A DNA stretch of 64,000 bases from Saccostrea cucullata (lineage: Eukaryota). The stretch spans positions 310,001 to 374,000 of the forward strand of contig NW_026929671.1 of NCBI RefSeq assembly GCF_032062105.1, in the 5' to 3' direction. Numbering within the stretch: the stretch's first letter is position 1; each line of letters begins with the position of its first letter. A program made the translations under genes and the position numbers. Below, one piece after another: positions 27,880 to 40,880 of this stretch. The notes under the pieces were generated by a model that was given only the letters and a program-made list of their open reading frames with translations, did no database searches and was not told the origin of the DNA.

Positions 27880-28430
27880 ATGAAATTAAATCTTGGTCAT
27901 ATATTTATGTAGGTGTATCATAGAAAAAAAGAACCGATTTGCGTCAAATAACAGTATTAAATTCACAAGGTGATCCTTTGAGACTTGATGATTTATCGGG
28001 TTCATGTATAGGCTTCTGCATAACTTACTTGTGAAGTGCACAAGTCCATATATGAACCTGTTTCAGATACGGACAAAGGTCGAAGACATGCTTTAAAATT
28101 ATGCAGGACATGGATTGTATATTGTCCGTGGAACAGAAAAATAACGATATCATCTATACCTTATCTGAAAAAAAAATATGTTTGTGCTCTTGTCACTTTT
28201 GTCGACAGTCCATTTTAAATACAAACTTGAATACCCTGCAATATCTGATTGTAATGTATTCTGTGAAAGTTTCATCAAATTTCATTCAGTGGTATGAGAG
28301 GAGTTGCGGATAAGAGATGGGTTCCCCAAAGCGAAACAGACGGACGGAAAGACGGACGGACAGACGGACGGACGGACGGAATTAACGATTACTATATACC
28401 CTCCCGCTTTTCAAGCGGGGGGGGTATAAA
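27880..28430 (-). mobile_element. Pearl/CvA-like Helentron-type fragment
   Basis: (ACGG)n microsatellite and terminal hairpin ATACCCTCCCGCTT-ttc-AAGCGGGGGGGTAT; homologous to 39888-40880. Confidence 0.65.
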
Positions 28431-28553
28431 GATGCATGGCGAATGTATATTTTATGTACAGAGATAAAGAGCATACAAACAATACATATCGTGTTAAATA
28501 TGTAAGATGTTAAGATATTGTTGACATGCTATATTGTCTGCAATTCTTCCTTT

Positions 28554-29853
28554 TGTCACACTTAGATTTTGACTGTTTTTACACTTTTGTATAAATTCAT
28601 TCAGTCGCATATAAAGCCTCTATCAACGCGTTAATATTATTATTTAATAATTATATTTTACATTTTAAGATATGTGTCACGTATTTTCCTTAATTCAATA
28701 GTTTCTGATTGTTGTATAAATATTTAATATTTTGTTTACTTCATGGTTCAAACTTATTTTTTTAAATTGTGACATCTGAGTCTAATTGTATTTGATTATT
28801 TTTTAATCTTTGATGTACATGTAATTATTTTTTCTCACTGTCAGACAGATGTAATCCAATTAATTAATCAGTTCCAAGATGTCATAAGCGAGTACCTTGT
28901 TTTCTCATGTTGAGTTGTTTTCGCTTCAAATTGTTTATAACTGTCATTTAATTATCATTACTCGTTAATTGCCTTTTCACTAATTGTTATCTTAAAATCC
29001 TGAGTTTAATTTTTGATTGGTCCTTTTTCAAAACCTATTTCTTTAAATTGGGCAAGAGTTCGGAAATGCGCATCCATTCTATGATTGCGCTAATAAAGAC
29101 ATAACATTTATAATTCCCACTCTTCGCCTCTATTTCTAGGTATGTACTTGTATTTAAATTATTTACTTTTATCTTTCTTTTATATAAATTTAATGTATTT
29201 TGGAATTAATTAAGATTTGAATTAGTACACTGAAAAAAATAATTATGGTTTTTGTAAATACGCTTATTGCATTTATATCTTGTTTAATTATTTTGACAAT
29301 ATCAAATATAACTTAGCTAAAGTGAAATAAGACATATCAACAAGTACAACTCTTCTATGTAGGGAGAAAGAATTTTTGTAATTCTTAAATATGTAAATCG
29401 TTTTGAGAAGTGCATAATGACGAGCAAAAATTCTATTCTTAAAACTTTGTAAGAGCTGAAAATTTGTTAGCGATATGTAAATAATTATCTCTCTATTCCT
29501 AGCTGAATTAATTAATACTTGATTTTTTTTTATATATGTCTACTATGTCAAATAATTTGTACTTTGTTTTATTGTGAAAGTTGCTATGTTCTTTTGTCAC
29601 ATCCAGTCATCATCAATGTTTTTATGTATATATTCTGAACATTGATTTCAACTTGACTGTGTTACTTTAAGTTAAAGATCCATTCTATGATTGCGCTAAT
29701 AAAGACATAACATTTATAATTCCCACTCTTCGCCTCTATTTCTAGATCAAGGACAAACCTGATTGCAAGGATAGTCTAATTGACAAAAAGAATTGTCTCA
29801 ATATACGGATCGGGCTCAGTTAACAAAAAAACATACCCAAACCGTGTGAGACA
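28554..29853 (+). repeat. 5' LTR of element 1 (1300 bp)
   Basis: TGTCACAC...GTGTGAGACA. By eye it differs from the 3' LTR by 2 substitutions and 2 homopolymer indels. Confidence 0.97.
29015..29080 (+). promoter_or_regulatory. Putative LTR core promoter
   Basis: GATTGG (reverse CCAAT) at about 29015, TTTAAAT at 29042 and Inr-like CCATTC at 29074, with canonical spacing. Confidence 0.45.
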
Positions 29854-29856
29854 AAG

Positions 29857-29868
29857 TGGCGGAGATCC
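29857..29868 (+). other. Primer binding site, probably tRNA-Ala
   Basis: TGGCGGAGATCC lies 3 nt after the LTR and resembles the complement of the eukaryotic tRNA-Ala 3' end (TGGTGGAGATGC) with mismatches. Confidence 0.55.
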
Positions 29869-30018
29869 ATTCGACCCCAACCTCTCATTGCCAAGCTGAC
29901 GTGCTCTACCAGAGAAATTCCCCAAACTCAACAAATTCCCCACAGTTACTACAACTATACCATCTCTTTCAACGAAGTCAGCACCATCAAAGCATTCTTC
30001 ACGTGATTTATCTACATT

Positions 30019-31443
30019 ATGCCTGGACCTACAACTAGACTCCAATCGTCCAGTAGTTCTCTTTTCCGCCGCTTAGGATACAAACCAAATGTCCCACTAA
30101 ATTATCAAAAACAAGCGACTTCTACGAACAATCCCGAGATGGAAGCAACAGTCGCAATTGCAGCTGACAACTATCCCTATTCAGGGACAACATCTGCATC
30201 TTCATTGGCACCACCAAAAGATCCTCCCCCACCTCCACCTCAACTTCACCAAGAGACAGATACTTCCCAATGTGTTGAGAACAACTTGCCACCAACACCA
30301 ACTAGAAATGCCCTGTACCATTCTCAGAACGATCAACTTACTACAGACATAACGCACAACACAGCGATACCCGCAACACCAGCTGTCTATGCACCACCTC
30401 CACCTACACAGAGTAGTACGGCTGTTCCGCACACAGTACCAACATCAACATTTGTGCCTTACCCGCGCGCAAATATTAGCCTTGAACATTATGATGGAAA
30501 GACCTCCGCGACCCAATTCTGGACACAGTTTATGACCTACATAACACTAATGAACATACCGATCGAAGTTGCTCACGATTTCTTCTCTTTCTATTTAAAA
30601 GACGCAGCAAGAGACTGGTTCTTTCAACTTGCTCCAGAAATTCGGACATCTCTGGACCATCTGAAAGCTGCTTTCCTGACCCGTTTTAAACCACAAGTTC
30701 CTTTCAGTCTTGGATTATTCGATATAAAACAACAGAGTTCAGATTCAGTCGACCAGTATATTTTAAGAATTCAAAAGTTAGCCACTGACTCCACCATGCC
30801 GGAAGACTGTCTTACTACGATGATCATGAAAGGATTGCATGCCCCAATTCGAAAAATAGTGATGCCACAATTCCCACAAACTATAGAAAACTTGCGGAAT
30901 TCAGCTTCTATTGCAGAAATGACAATCAAAATGGATTCTCAAACACTTACAAACAATGATGAAAATAGTGTTATCAACGCCATGTCTGCAGTGTGTAATG
31001 TCACTAACCAGCTTCAACAAACAATTGCAGCTATGCATTCTAACGTACCAAACAACAACAGCTGGGATACTACTGCTCGATCGACTAACAGCAATTCACA
31101 GGATCATCCAACCCAATACAGTGTTCCTCCACCAAATCATTACCCCTCTGGACCTCGACCTAAATACAACCATAAGCCACCTCAATACCAACGTACACAG
31201 CAACAACACTACATGCAAGGTCCACGACAATTTTATCATCAAAGACCACGAGATAACTTCCCCGCTTCAACCAATTCCAATCCAGTTCCAGAACATTACT
31301 GTCATGGATGTGCAAGTGCTACATGTTTTTCTAAACTACATTGTCCAGCCAGAGGTCATTACTGTACTGAATGTGGCAGATACAATCATTTTGAAAAATT
31401 TTGTGTAACGAAATATCTTCGCAATTTCAACGGTTCACGCTAG
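30019..31443 (+). CDS. gag: Gag (474 aa) of element 1
   Basis: Retrotrans_gag-like core (YLKDAARDWF...LKAAFLTRF), Pro-rich N-terminus, C-terminal CTECGRYNHFEKFC zinc knuckle. Confidence 0.9.
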   Translation: MPGPTTRLQSSSSSLFRRLGYKPNVPLNYQKQATSTNNPEMEATVAIAADNYPYSGTTSASSLAPPKDPPPPPPQLHQETDTSQCVENNLPPTPTRNALYHSQNDQLTTDITHNTAIPATPAVYAPPPPTQSSTAVPHTVPTSTFVPYPRANISLEHYDGKTSATQFWTQFMTYITLMNIPIEVAHDFFSFYLKDAARDWFFQLAPEIRTSLDHLKAAFLTRFKPQVPFSLGLFDIKQQSSDSVDQYILRIQKLATDSTMPEDCLTTMIMKGLHAPIRKIVMPQFPQTIENLRNSASIAEMTIKMDSQTLTNNDENSVINAMSAVCNVTNQLQQTIAAMHSNVPNNNSWDTTARSTNSNSQDHPTQYSVPPPNHYPSGPRPKYNHKPPQYQRTQQQHYMQGPRQFYHQRPRDNFPASTNSNPVPEHYCHGCASATCFSKLHCPARGHYCTECGRYNHFEKFCVTKYLRNFNGSR

Positions 31444-34400
31444 GGACTCGCGCCTGTTCTTGGAGTAAAATCTAAGGATAGGCACCAGAGAAAGACTTCA
31501 TCACAACATGATCGGGAATCTGCTTCCATAAATTTGGCTACAACCTTAAAACAAAACAAAGTTGAAATTTCCGTCAAGACAAATCGTACTAATGCATTAT
31601 TGGATACCGGTGCAAGTATCACAGTAGCTAGTGCTTCTTTCATTAACAAAACAAGCCTCGCCGGTGCTTCATTTGAACCTGCTACACATCCAATCATCAA
31701 AGGTGTTACAGGTGCTAGACTCAACGTTCTTGGTGTGTTAACAATTCCTATATCTATTAGTGGTGTCAAATTTTCACATCCCGTCCATATCATACAAGAT
31801 CTTCATTATCCTTTCATTCTTGGAGTGGATTTCTTAAATCAACACAAGGCAAAGATTGATTTCGACTCCCAGTTATTGCTGCTTCCTGATGAAAACAATG
31901 ATATTCACAGCATTCGACTTTTATCTGCAGCCGAAGGACAAGCCCGAGCTTCTAAAACAGTGCTTATCCCGAAACAAAGTGAAACAAATGTACCTGTTAA
32001 CATTTCTCATTTAAAGAGCTGTGATAACGTTCTGTTGGATCCACACCCTTCTCTTTCCCATAAGAAGCAGCTTATTGCAGCAAGATGTTTAGTTCAAGTT
32101 GACAAAGGCAAGGCATACCTTCGCGTTATGAACCCGACACATTCAGATGTCGAAATTCAGGCTCGAACAATTCTTGCTTCTGTCATTCAAATAGATCAAC
32201 AAAATGTATTTTCTTTCGATTCACCTCCGAGTTCTACTACCTCTGATCAAAACGTGCAAGACAACAACCTAAACTTTGACCTCTCAACTTCTGATCTTAC
32301 CACTGAACAGAAGACAGTGCTACTGGACTTCCTGCGTGAGCACAGAGACTCTTTTGCATCTGATCTAAATGAACTAGGACGTACTGACTGCTACAAACAT
32401 AGGATAGATACTTTGCCGGGAACTCGACCTGTTCGACTGCCCCATTACAGAACAACTCCTCAAAATCTGACCGAAATTGACCGTCAAGTTAAAGAACTGT
32501 TAGAGAATGACATCATAGAACCTTCCAATTCCGAATGGCACTCCCCTGTCCTTCTTGTGAAGAAACCAACAGGTGAATTTCGTTTTGTTGTGGATTACCG
32601 CAAACTTAACAAATCAACCATACCAATGTCTTTCCCACTTCCTCAACTTGAAGATGTATTTGATTCTCTTGGAGCTTCTTCACCAAAATATTTCTCCTCA
32701 CTCGATCTTAAGAGTGGATTCTGGCAACTCGAAATGGACCCATCTACAAAACACAAAGCTGCCTTTATCACCCAAAGTGGCGTTTATGAATGGAAGAGGA
32801 TGCCGTTTGGACTCATGAATGCCCCAATTTCATTTCAAACTTTAATGACTAGTGTTCTTCGAAGCATTCATTGGAAATTTGTACTTTGTTACATTGACGA
32901 CATTCTTATCTTTTCGCCAACATTTGAAGATCACTTAAGACACCTGCACGAAGTTTTCGCTCGACTTAAACAGGCAAACCTTAAACTACAGCCATCGAAA
33001 TGCCATTTTGCTCTGAAAGAATTGAAATTCCTGGGCCACATCATAACACGTGAAGGAGTTGAAGTCGACCCTACAAAGACTGACACAATACGTCACTACC
33101 CAACTCCTACAACCCAAAAACAGGTTAGAAGCTTTTTGGGTATGGCGAATTATTACCGGAAATTCATCGAAGGTTTTTCCAAGATAGCTGCTCCGCTTAA
33201 CCCGCTTCTTGTAAAAAACACGAAGTTTTCTTGGACTCAAGAGTGTCAGACATCGTTCGAAACATTAAAACAAGCATTAATAACCGCTCCAGTTCTCTCT
33301 TATCCCGACCCATCCAAGACATTCATCCTGTCTTGTGACGCCTCTGATGCAGCAGTTGGATATACTTTAGGACAGAAGACCCTAGACAATAAAGAAGTTG
33401 TCATCGCCTATGGTGGAAAGTCGCTCACAAAAGAAGAAAAGAAATACACAACTTCAGAAAAAGAATTACTTGCTGTTGTTCGTGGTGTACAAGCTTATCG
33501 CCCATATCTTGCTGGGAAGAAATTCACCATCTACACAGATCATAAAGCCCTAATTTGGTTGAAAACAGCAAAACATACCGGAAGACTCGAACGTTGGGCG
33601 TTAAAACTCCAAGAATACAACTTCGATATTATCCACAAACCTGGAAAAAAAGAATTGCGTTGCCGATGCTATAAGCCGCATTCCTCATGAAACCTCTGAA
33701 ACAGCTGCCCCAATCTCTGTTATGTCGACTACGTTTCCACCAGCCTCTTCCTCTCAACAACCATCTGCGGACCAGCTCATCAACGAAAATGACATACAAG
33801 AAGGTATTCAAATCAAGTTCACTTATGATGAACCAGAGACTCTTATCATGGCTCTAGAAGACGATGAAATACACCAAATTCTCCAAGACAAAGACACTTT
33901 ATTTCAACTTCAAACAGCATGTCCTGATTACGTCGATATCGTCAAATACTTAACTGATGGTTCCCTACCAGAAGAACGCAAAGTCCGTGACAAAGTACTT
34001 TCAGAATCACAACATTATTGCATCATGGACGGCCTCTTATTTCACCTTTTTCAACGACGTTGCAAACGCCAACCGGAAGAAATGAAATTCATCTACCAAG
34101 TAGCTCTTCCTAGAGAACTTCGTAAAAATGCTTTGTTTGCCTACCATGACAGCCTTGCTGGCGGTGGACATCTTGGTATCGATAAAGTGCGCTTCTCTAT
34201 AATGCAGAAGTATTACTGGCCCAGGATGAATCAAGACATCATTGATTATGTGCGTTCATGTGATAGATGCCAGCGTGCCAAAAGGGACTTCCACCCTTCC
34301 AAACCTCCTATGACATCAATGCCACGCCGTGAAAAGTTTGAATCTTGGCAGATAGACATCCTAGGTCCACTCAAGAAATCATCTGAAGGATATGAATATA

Positions 34401-35652
34401 TTCTTCTCTGTATCGACTCCTTCACTCGTTGGCCTGAAGCATTTCCCCTGAAATCTCAGGATGCACAGGAGGTGGCTGAAGTATTGTTCCGGGACATATT
34501 TGCCAGATATGGTTCTCCATTGATTTTGATGTCGGATCGTGGTAGGAATTTCATGTCCAAACTTATCAACGCCTTGTGTGAAATATTCGAGATAACACAA
34601 TATCACACCTCTTCCTATCATCCGAACACTAATGGCCTTGTGGAGAGACAAAACAGTACCATAGCCCAATCTCTACGTGCATACTGTGCCAATGACCAAG
34701 ATAAGTGGCCAAAACTTCTCCCCGGCATAATGATGTCCTTTCGAAAATCTCCCCATCTTGGTTCGACAGAATTTGCGCCATTTGAGTTGATGTTTGGACA
34801 AGAAATGCGGTTACCTTTTGATGCATCCCTCCAACCAAAGGACAATTTACAACGCGATGCCAAGCAATACATGAAAGATCTCCTAGACCGGCTCAAAGTT
34901 TCAACTGATATCGCCAAAGCCAACGATCTCCACAATCAATCTAAAAACAAAGAATACCATGACAAAAATGCCAAGCCACCTGACTTTTCCATTGGAGATC
35001 TTGTCCTTATGAAGAATCACAAAGTCCCCACTGGTTTATCGCATAAGCTCTATGACAAGTCTGATGGACCGTACCGGATTGTTGGTAGAGGACAAAATTT
35101 CACCTACAAGCTGCGGCGCCTCTCAGACAACAAACTGCATGTTTCCATGATTAACGCAACGAACCTCAAGCATTACTATCCCCCCGAAGACTCGCGATCC
35201 CAGATGCCATCGTTCCACCAACTGATAATGATGATGCCCCGACAGTACCCCCTAATGATGGACCTTCTCAAGACAATCAACACCGACCCGATAATGACCA
35301 GGCCATCAACAATCCTCAAAATCAACTCCCTGATGCACGAGAACAACAAACTCCATCCCAACATGATCAGCAATTACCTGACAATTCTGTTTTGTTACAG
35401 GACAATCCCGCTGAGTCACGGCCACAACCCCCGCTTCCCGGAAACACGCAAAACACAAAGAAATGGAATTTCGAGAAAATCCTACGTGGTAAAATGAAAA
35501 ACGGTGTGCGCCATTTTCGCATCAAGTGGTTAGACGGAACAACCACTTGGGAGCCAGATACATGTTTTGATGCTGACGTTCTCCGTGATATCAATCGTAG
35601 ATTCACCATGACTGGAAAATTTCGCAAATCAAATTTCAAACGCACTGCATGA
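31444..35652 (+). CDS. pol: Pol of element 1: protease, RT, RNase H, integrase, chromodomain-like tail; two 1-nt frameshifts
   Basis: LLDTGA, YIDD, CDASD, HHCC and DDE integrase motifs, GPY motif. Frameshifts at the A7 run (33645-51; restores KPGKKNCVADAISR) and at about 35200, which joins the integrase to ORF 35392-35652. Confidence 0.92.
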
Positions 35653-36534
35653 GTCAATTTTATTTTCACCTTTTTTTTATATTGCTTCAATTATTACCAC
35701 AATCATGTCTATTTTTAAGCAATCTTAGACTTATACTTAACGTTTCTGTCTGTGACTTTTCAAGCCAATTATGATTTACACAAGAGGTACTCCACACTTT
35801 GAGTTTATGTATTGTAGGTAGTTAAGAATATGGTCACTTTTTGTGTAAGGTTTTATGTTGCATGCAACACATTACTTTTACTTTTATGTACAAAAAATTA
35901 TTATTTTAAATCAACTAAAAGAAATATTTTATGAGTTATAGTCGGTCACCCTTTAAGTAGGTTTCCTGCTGATAGTTAGTGCTGGATTGTTTAGCTGATC
36001 ACTAAACTTTCATCGATTGTGCTATATCTCATAACTCCATTTAGGTTTATTTCGGATCTGTAGGAAAACCTTCACATAATGTTTTGATCATGACTTTTTA
36101 CTTACGACTTGCATATTTTATTTTCATTGTGTTCACCTTAGAATCCTTAAGAGGAATGCTTTTCAGAGAATTTGATCTTCCTAATGCTTATCAGCAATTG
36201 TCGACCAGTTCTTTCATGCATACCTTGTGTTCTTCTGATGTGCTACTGTGTTACCAGATGCATCTATATGTAATTGGTTTGAATGGTTAAACAAATGAAA
36301 CTATTGTCGTGGTCAATATTGCGTTACCCAATCTGGATACTCCTATACATATAGAATCCATAATGCTTATAACAGAGTACAGTATCTAAAATGTTCTAGA
36401 TCCACATTTACATGATGTTACATAGCGAGATATATTGTATGCTTGCCCTATATGACAACGTTCAAGTCCAGATTTTCATCATTCAGTCTCATACAAAGCT
36501 TTGAGGGCCCAAAGCTATTGGGGCCATGGGGGTA

Positions 36535-37832
36535 TGTCACACTTAGATTTTGACTGTTTTTACACTTTTGTATAAATTCATTCAGTCGCATATAAAGCCT
36601 CTATCAACGCGTTAATATTATTATTTAATAATTATATTTTACATTTTAAGATATGTGTCACGTATTTTCCTTAATTCAATAGTTTCTGATTGTTGTATAA
36701 ATATTTAATATTTTGTTTACTTCATGGTTCAAACTTATTTTTTTAAATTGTGACATCTGAGTCTAATTGTATTTGATTATTTTTTAATCTTTGATGTACA
36801 TGTAATTATTTTTTCTCACTGTCAGACAGATGTAATCCAATTAATTAATCAGTTCCAAGATGTCATAAGCGAGTACCTTGTTTTCTCATGTTGAGTTGTT
36901 TTCGCTTCAAATTGTTTATAACTGTCATTTAATTATCATTACTCGTTAATTGCCTTTTCACTAATTGTTATCTTAAAATCCTGAGTTTAATTTTTGATTG
37001 GTCCTTTTTCAAAACCTATTTCTTTAAATTGGGCAAGAGTTCGGAAATGCGCATCCATTCTATAATTGCGCTAATAAAGACATAACATTTATAATTCCCA
37101 CTCTTCGCCTCTATTTCTAGGTATGTACTTGTATTTAAATTATTTACTTTTATCTTTCTTTTATATAAATTTAATGTATTTTGGAATTAATTAAGATTTG
37201 AATTAGTACACTGAAAAAAATAATTATGGTTTTTGTAAATACGCTTATTGCATTTATATCTTGTTTAATTATTTTGACAATATCAAATATAACTTAGCTA
37301 AAGGGAAATAAGACATATCAACAAGTACAACTCTTCTATGTAGGGAGAAAGAATTTTTGTAATTCTTAAATATGTAAATCGTTTTGAGAAGTGCATAATG
37401 ACGAGCAAAAATTCTATTCTTAAAACTTTGTAAGAGCTGAAAATTTGTTAGCGATATGTAAATAATTATCTCTCTATTCCTAGCTGAATTAATTAATACT
37501 TGATTTTTTTTATATATGTCTACTATGTCAAATAATTTGTACTTTGTTTTATTGTGAAAGTTGCTATGTTCTTTTGTCACATCCAGTCATCATCAATGTT
37601 TTTATGTATATATTCTGAACATTGATTTCAACTTGACTGTGTTACTTTAAGTTAAAGATCCATTCTATGATTGCGCTAATAAAGACATAACATTTATAAT
37701 TCCCACTCTTCGCCTCTATTTCTAGATCAAGGACAAACCTGATTGCAAGGATAGTCTAATTGACAAAAAGAATTGTCTCAATATACGGATCGGGCTCAGT
37801 TAACAAAAAACATACCCAAACCGTGTGAGACA
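36535..37832 (+). repeat. 3' LTR of element 1 (1298 bp)
   Basis: Near-identical to the 5' LTR; preceded by the G-rich tract GGGGCCATGGGGGTA. Confidence 0.97.
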
Positions 37833-38653
37833 CTTTTTTATCGCTAAAACTTGAAATTGAGAAATTATAATGGATTAATCTTTGTGCTCCCAAACTTTTA
37901 TTTTCCTTGTATGAAATTTGCCTTGCATATTTGAATTTTCGTTTGAAAAATTATATCATAAAGTCCCTATCATGTGTCCTCAGGGTCAATTTTCGAGTAA
38001 TAAAGAGCTTTTGAATTATAAAGAATTGAAGAGTCAAAACATAGTTTTGAAATTCAATTTTTTTTTGTGGTTATAAGACTTTTAATATGATACTTGCGAT
38101 TCAAATAAAATATTTTTTCTACAGTTTCTTCCGTATGAAGGTACAAAGGCATATTGCTGTATAATTTAGGGAAGTTAACGATTGAATAGTTAAATTCATC
38201 AAGTTTACTATTATGCTTTGTTGTTAGATATACCGTTGGCGTCTTTTTCTAGTAAAAATTCAAATATGAAACAGATATGTCAGATTCTGTGTTCCATTTT
38301 ATTTGAAGCTCACCGGGATATATCTTTTTGACATAATAATAATAATAATAATAATAATATAAATAATAAAAATATTCATTGTTAATTTACAAATGACTCG
38401 CAATTGTCAGATTGGAATCGAAATGAATAGAAAGGTTCTTGATTAGCAATGTAACAGAAATTCTGTTTTTTCCAGGTTTTAGATAATGTAGTGAAATGTG
38501 TGCTGCACTTTGTTTGGAAGTGAAGATTTTTAGCTTTGTTTAATTTTTACTTGCTAAATTGCAACATTTGAAAGATGCTAATGTTTCCCATTGACAATAT
38601 CTATGTGGTTTTGATGACCTGACCCCAGGATCATGAAATAAACTTACACTTAA

Positions 38654-39743
38654 CGAGGCCCGATCTACTTGATCTGCGCATACGTTTTAACGCAGCGTCG
38701 ACTCAGGCACGTCACAATACCCATGACTGCCGTCACAATTGAACATAATAACGTCACAATTAAAATGACGTCAAATTGCGCTAAAATGTTTCGCTGATCT
38801 TGCTTACCTGGTAGCTATATAGACTATGCATTGAAAGCTGGCATTTCTATTATTATTTTTTTTAATATTTAAATTAATAAACAACTTTGGAACCTAATTA
38901 ATTTTGAGGGATCGATTTTTCGGTACAGATTCATTAATTTTATCTTGTTTTATTTCAATTTGTGAGTTCAAAAAAACAAACACTGCAACTAAAAGTAAAC
39001 GATTTTAGTCTTTCTCTTTGAACATGTTGAAGTGTTTATACACACTCTTTTTATTGCGGACTTAAATATGCATGGATTATCTTCAGTTTAAAAAAAAGTC
39101 TATAAATCATTTAAATTGAACCCCCGAAACATTTTGTTTTTCTATATATTACATAATATTAGTAAAAATCGCAATTTTGTCGCCTTTACCCCCCTCCCCC
39201 CACTCTTTTTTTCCACGTAAAACAACGTCGCGTGTTAAGAGAAAAATACAGCATGCCGAGAAAATTATTTCATAATGTAAGAATTATTTATTTTTTAGAA
39301 ACTAATGCAGTATTGCAATCGTTTGTTGGTGTTATGTAAACCAATTGCGACCTATGAAATACGTAGTTGGGTAGAATAAATCCAAATTTTGTATTTTGAC
39401 ATGCCCCCTTTTCACTGCAATAAAGGCGAGCTCCAATTTTCTTTTCATTTTTTATAAGAAGAATGAAAATTGCATGATATATGTGAAAAACAAAGAATTT
39501 CATCATGTATTTTTTTTTATATTTGTAAATTTCTTTGTTTATTGAAGAGTTTTAGTATGTAATTGTATATAAAAACACGAAAAATAGTCCATATCTTGAC
39601 ACTGCCCCCATTTCACTACAATAAAGGCAAGGTAACAAAATTTCATTCTAATTTTTCTAAGCACAAAACATACAAGTATATTTCCAAGAATTGAAATTTT
39701 TTTATCATTCCGTTTTCGTAATTTTCAACTAGATCGGGCCTCG
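38654..39743. mobile_element. TTAA-flanked MITE
   Basis: TIRs CGAGGCCCGATCTA and TAGATCGGGCCTCG, with TTAA on both sides. Confidence 0.85.
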
Positions 39744-39887
39744 TTAAGTCAAATTTTCTATCGCCTATAAAATATTCATTAATTGAGGAATTTATTTAGA
39801 CATTTGCAGATAACAACACTTTGGAAAAGCAATATTGAAAAATATTTTAATTTTGGTCTTCTTGACCTTTACAATATTTTATTATGA

Positions 39888-40880
39888 AACTAGAGGTACT
39901 GTGAGCAATGAGCTCACTAAATGATACCCCTGCCTCCCATAATGTCCATGTTTTGCTATATATTGCTATATATTGTTTTATATACCTTATATACTCGCCT
40001 ATAAGTCGGTCCGCCTATAAGTCGGTTGTATTTAATAAGCTTATATATCAGAGGGACTGACCTCATATAATACCATTCATTTTATAGCTCGCCTATAAGT
40101 CGGACATAGAGTTTTGGACCAGAGATTCACCCCCAAAAATCCGACTTATAGGCGAGTATATACGGTATGTTTTACAGTAATGTGTAAAGAGGAAAAACTC
40201 GTCTTATCAAATGTTATTCAGAAGCCACGACGTCATAGGTAAGAATATAATGGCATTGTCCATGTTTTGCTATGGGAAACCTAAAATACGTGTCGAAAAA
40301 GAAAGTAAAATAGGAGGTGCACAATGGCTATATGCAATAAAGATTCTGTGAAAGTTTCATTAAATTTCACTCAGTAGTATAAGAGAGTTGCGGATAAGAG
40401 ATGGGTACCCCAAAGCGTAACAGACGGACGTACAGACGGACGGATATAAGGATTACTAGATACCCTCCCACTTTTCAAGCGGGAGTATAACTAGAGGTAC
40501 TGTGAGTAATGAGCTCACAAAATGATACCCCCGCCTCCCATAACGTCCATGTTTTGTCGTACGGTAACGTGTAAAGAGGAATAACTCTTTGGTATCTTAT
40601 GTTATTTTGAAGCCGCCATATCTGACGTCATAGGTAAGAATATAATGGCAATGTCCATGTTTTGTTTTGGGAAACCTAAAATACATACAGGATCAAAATG
40701 TCAAATAGGCAATGCACAATGGCAATATGTAATAAAGATTCTGTGAAAGTTTTATTAAATTTCACTCAGTGGTATAAGAGGAGTTGCGAATAAGAGATAG
40801 GTACCCCAAAGCGTAACAGACAGACGGACGGACGGACATACCGATTACAACCCTCCCAGTTTTCAAGCGGGGGGGGATAA
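39888..40880 (-). mobile_element. Two head-to-tail pearl/CvA-like Helentron-type elements
   Basis: Units 39888-40490 and 40489-40880 each start AACTAGAGGTACTGTGAG and end with (ACGG)n and a CCCTCCC...AAGCGGG hairpin. Confidence 0.8.
39983..40167. mobile_element. Small Tc/pogo-like MITE nested in the first Helentron unit
   Basis: TIRs TACCTTATATACTCGCCTATAAGTCGG and CCGACTTATAGGCGAGTATATACGGTA; absent from the second unit. Confidence 0.8.

Larger units (their letters stand above)
28554..37832 (+). mobile_element. Full-length, very recent Ty3/Gypsy LTR retrotransposon (element 1)
   Basis: TG...CA LTRs at 28554-29853 and 36535-37832; TSD CTTT (28550-53 and 37833-36); PBS, PPT and gag-PR-RT-RH-IN order. 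Confidence 0.97.

Noticed and set aside
35700-36530. env gene in element 1
   Set aside because: Only a 68-aa non-ATG ORF is present; the region looks like an AT-rich 3' UTR.
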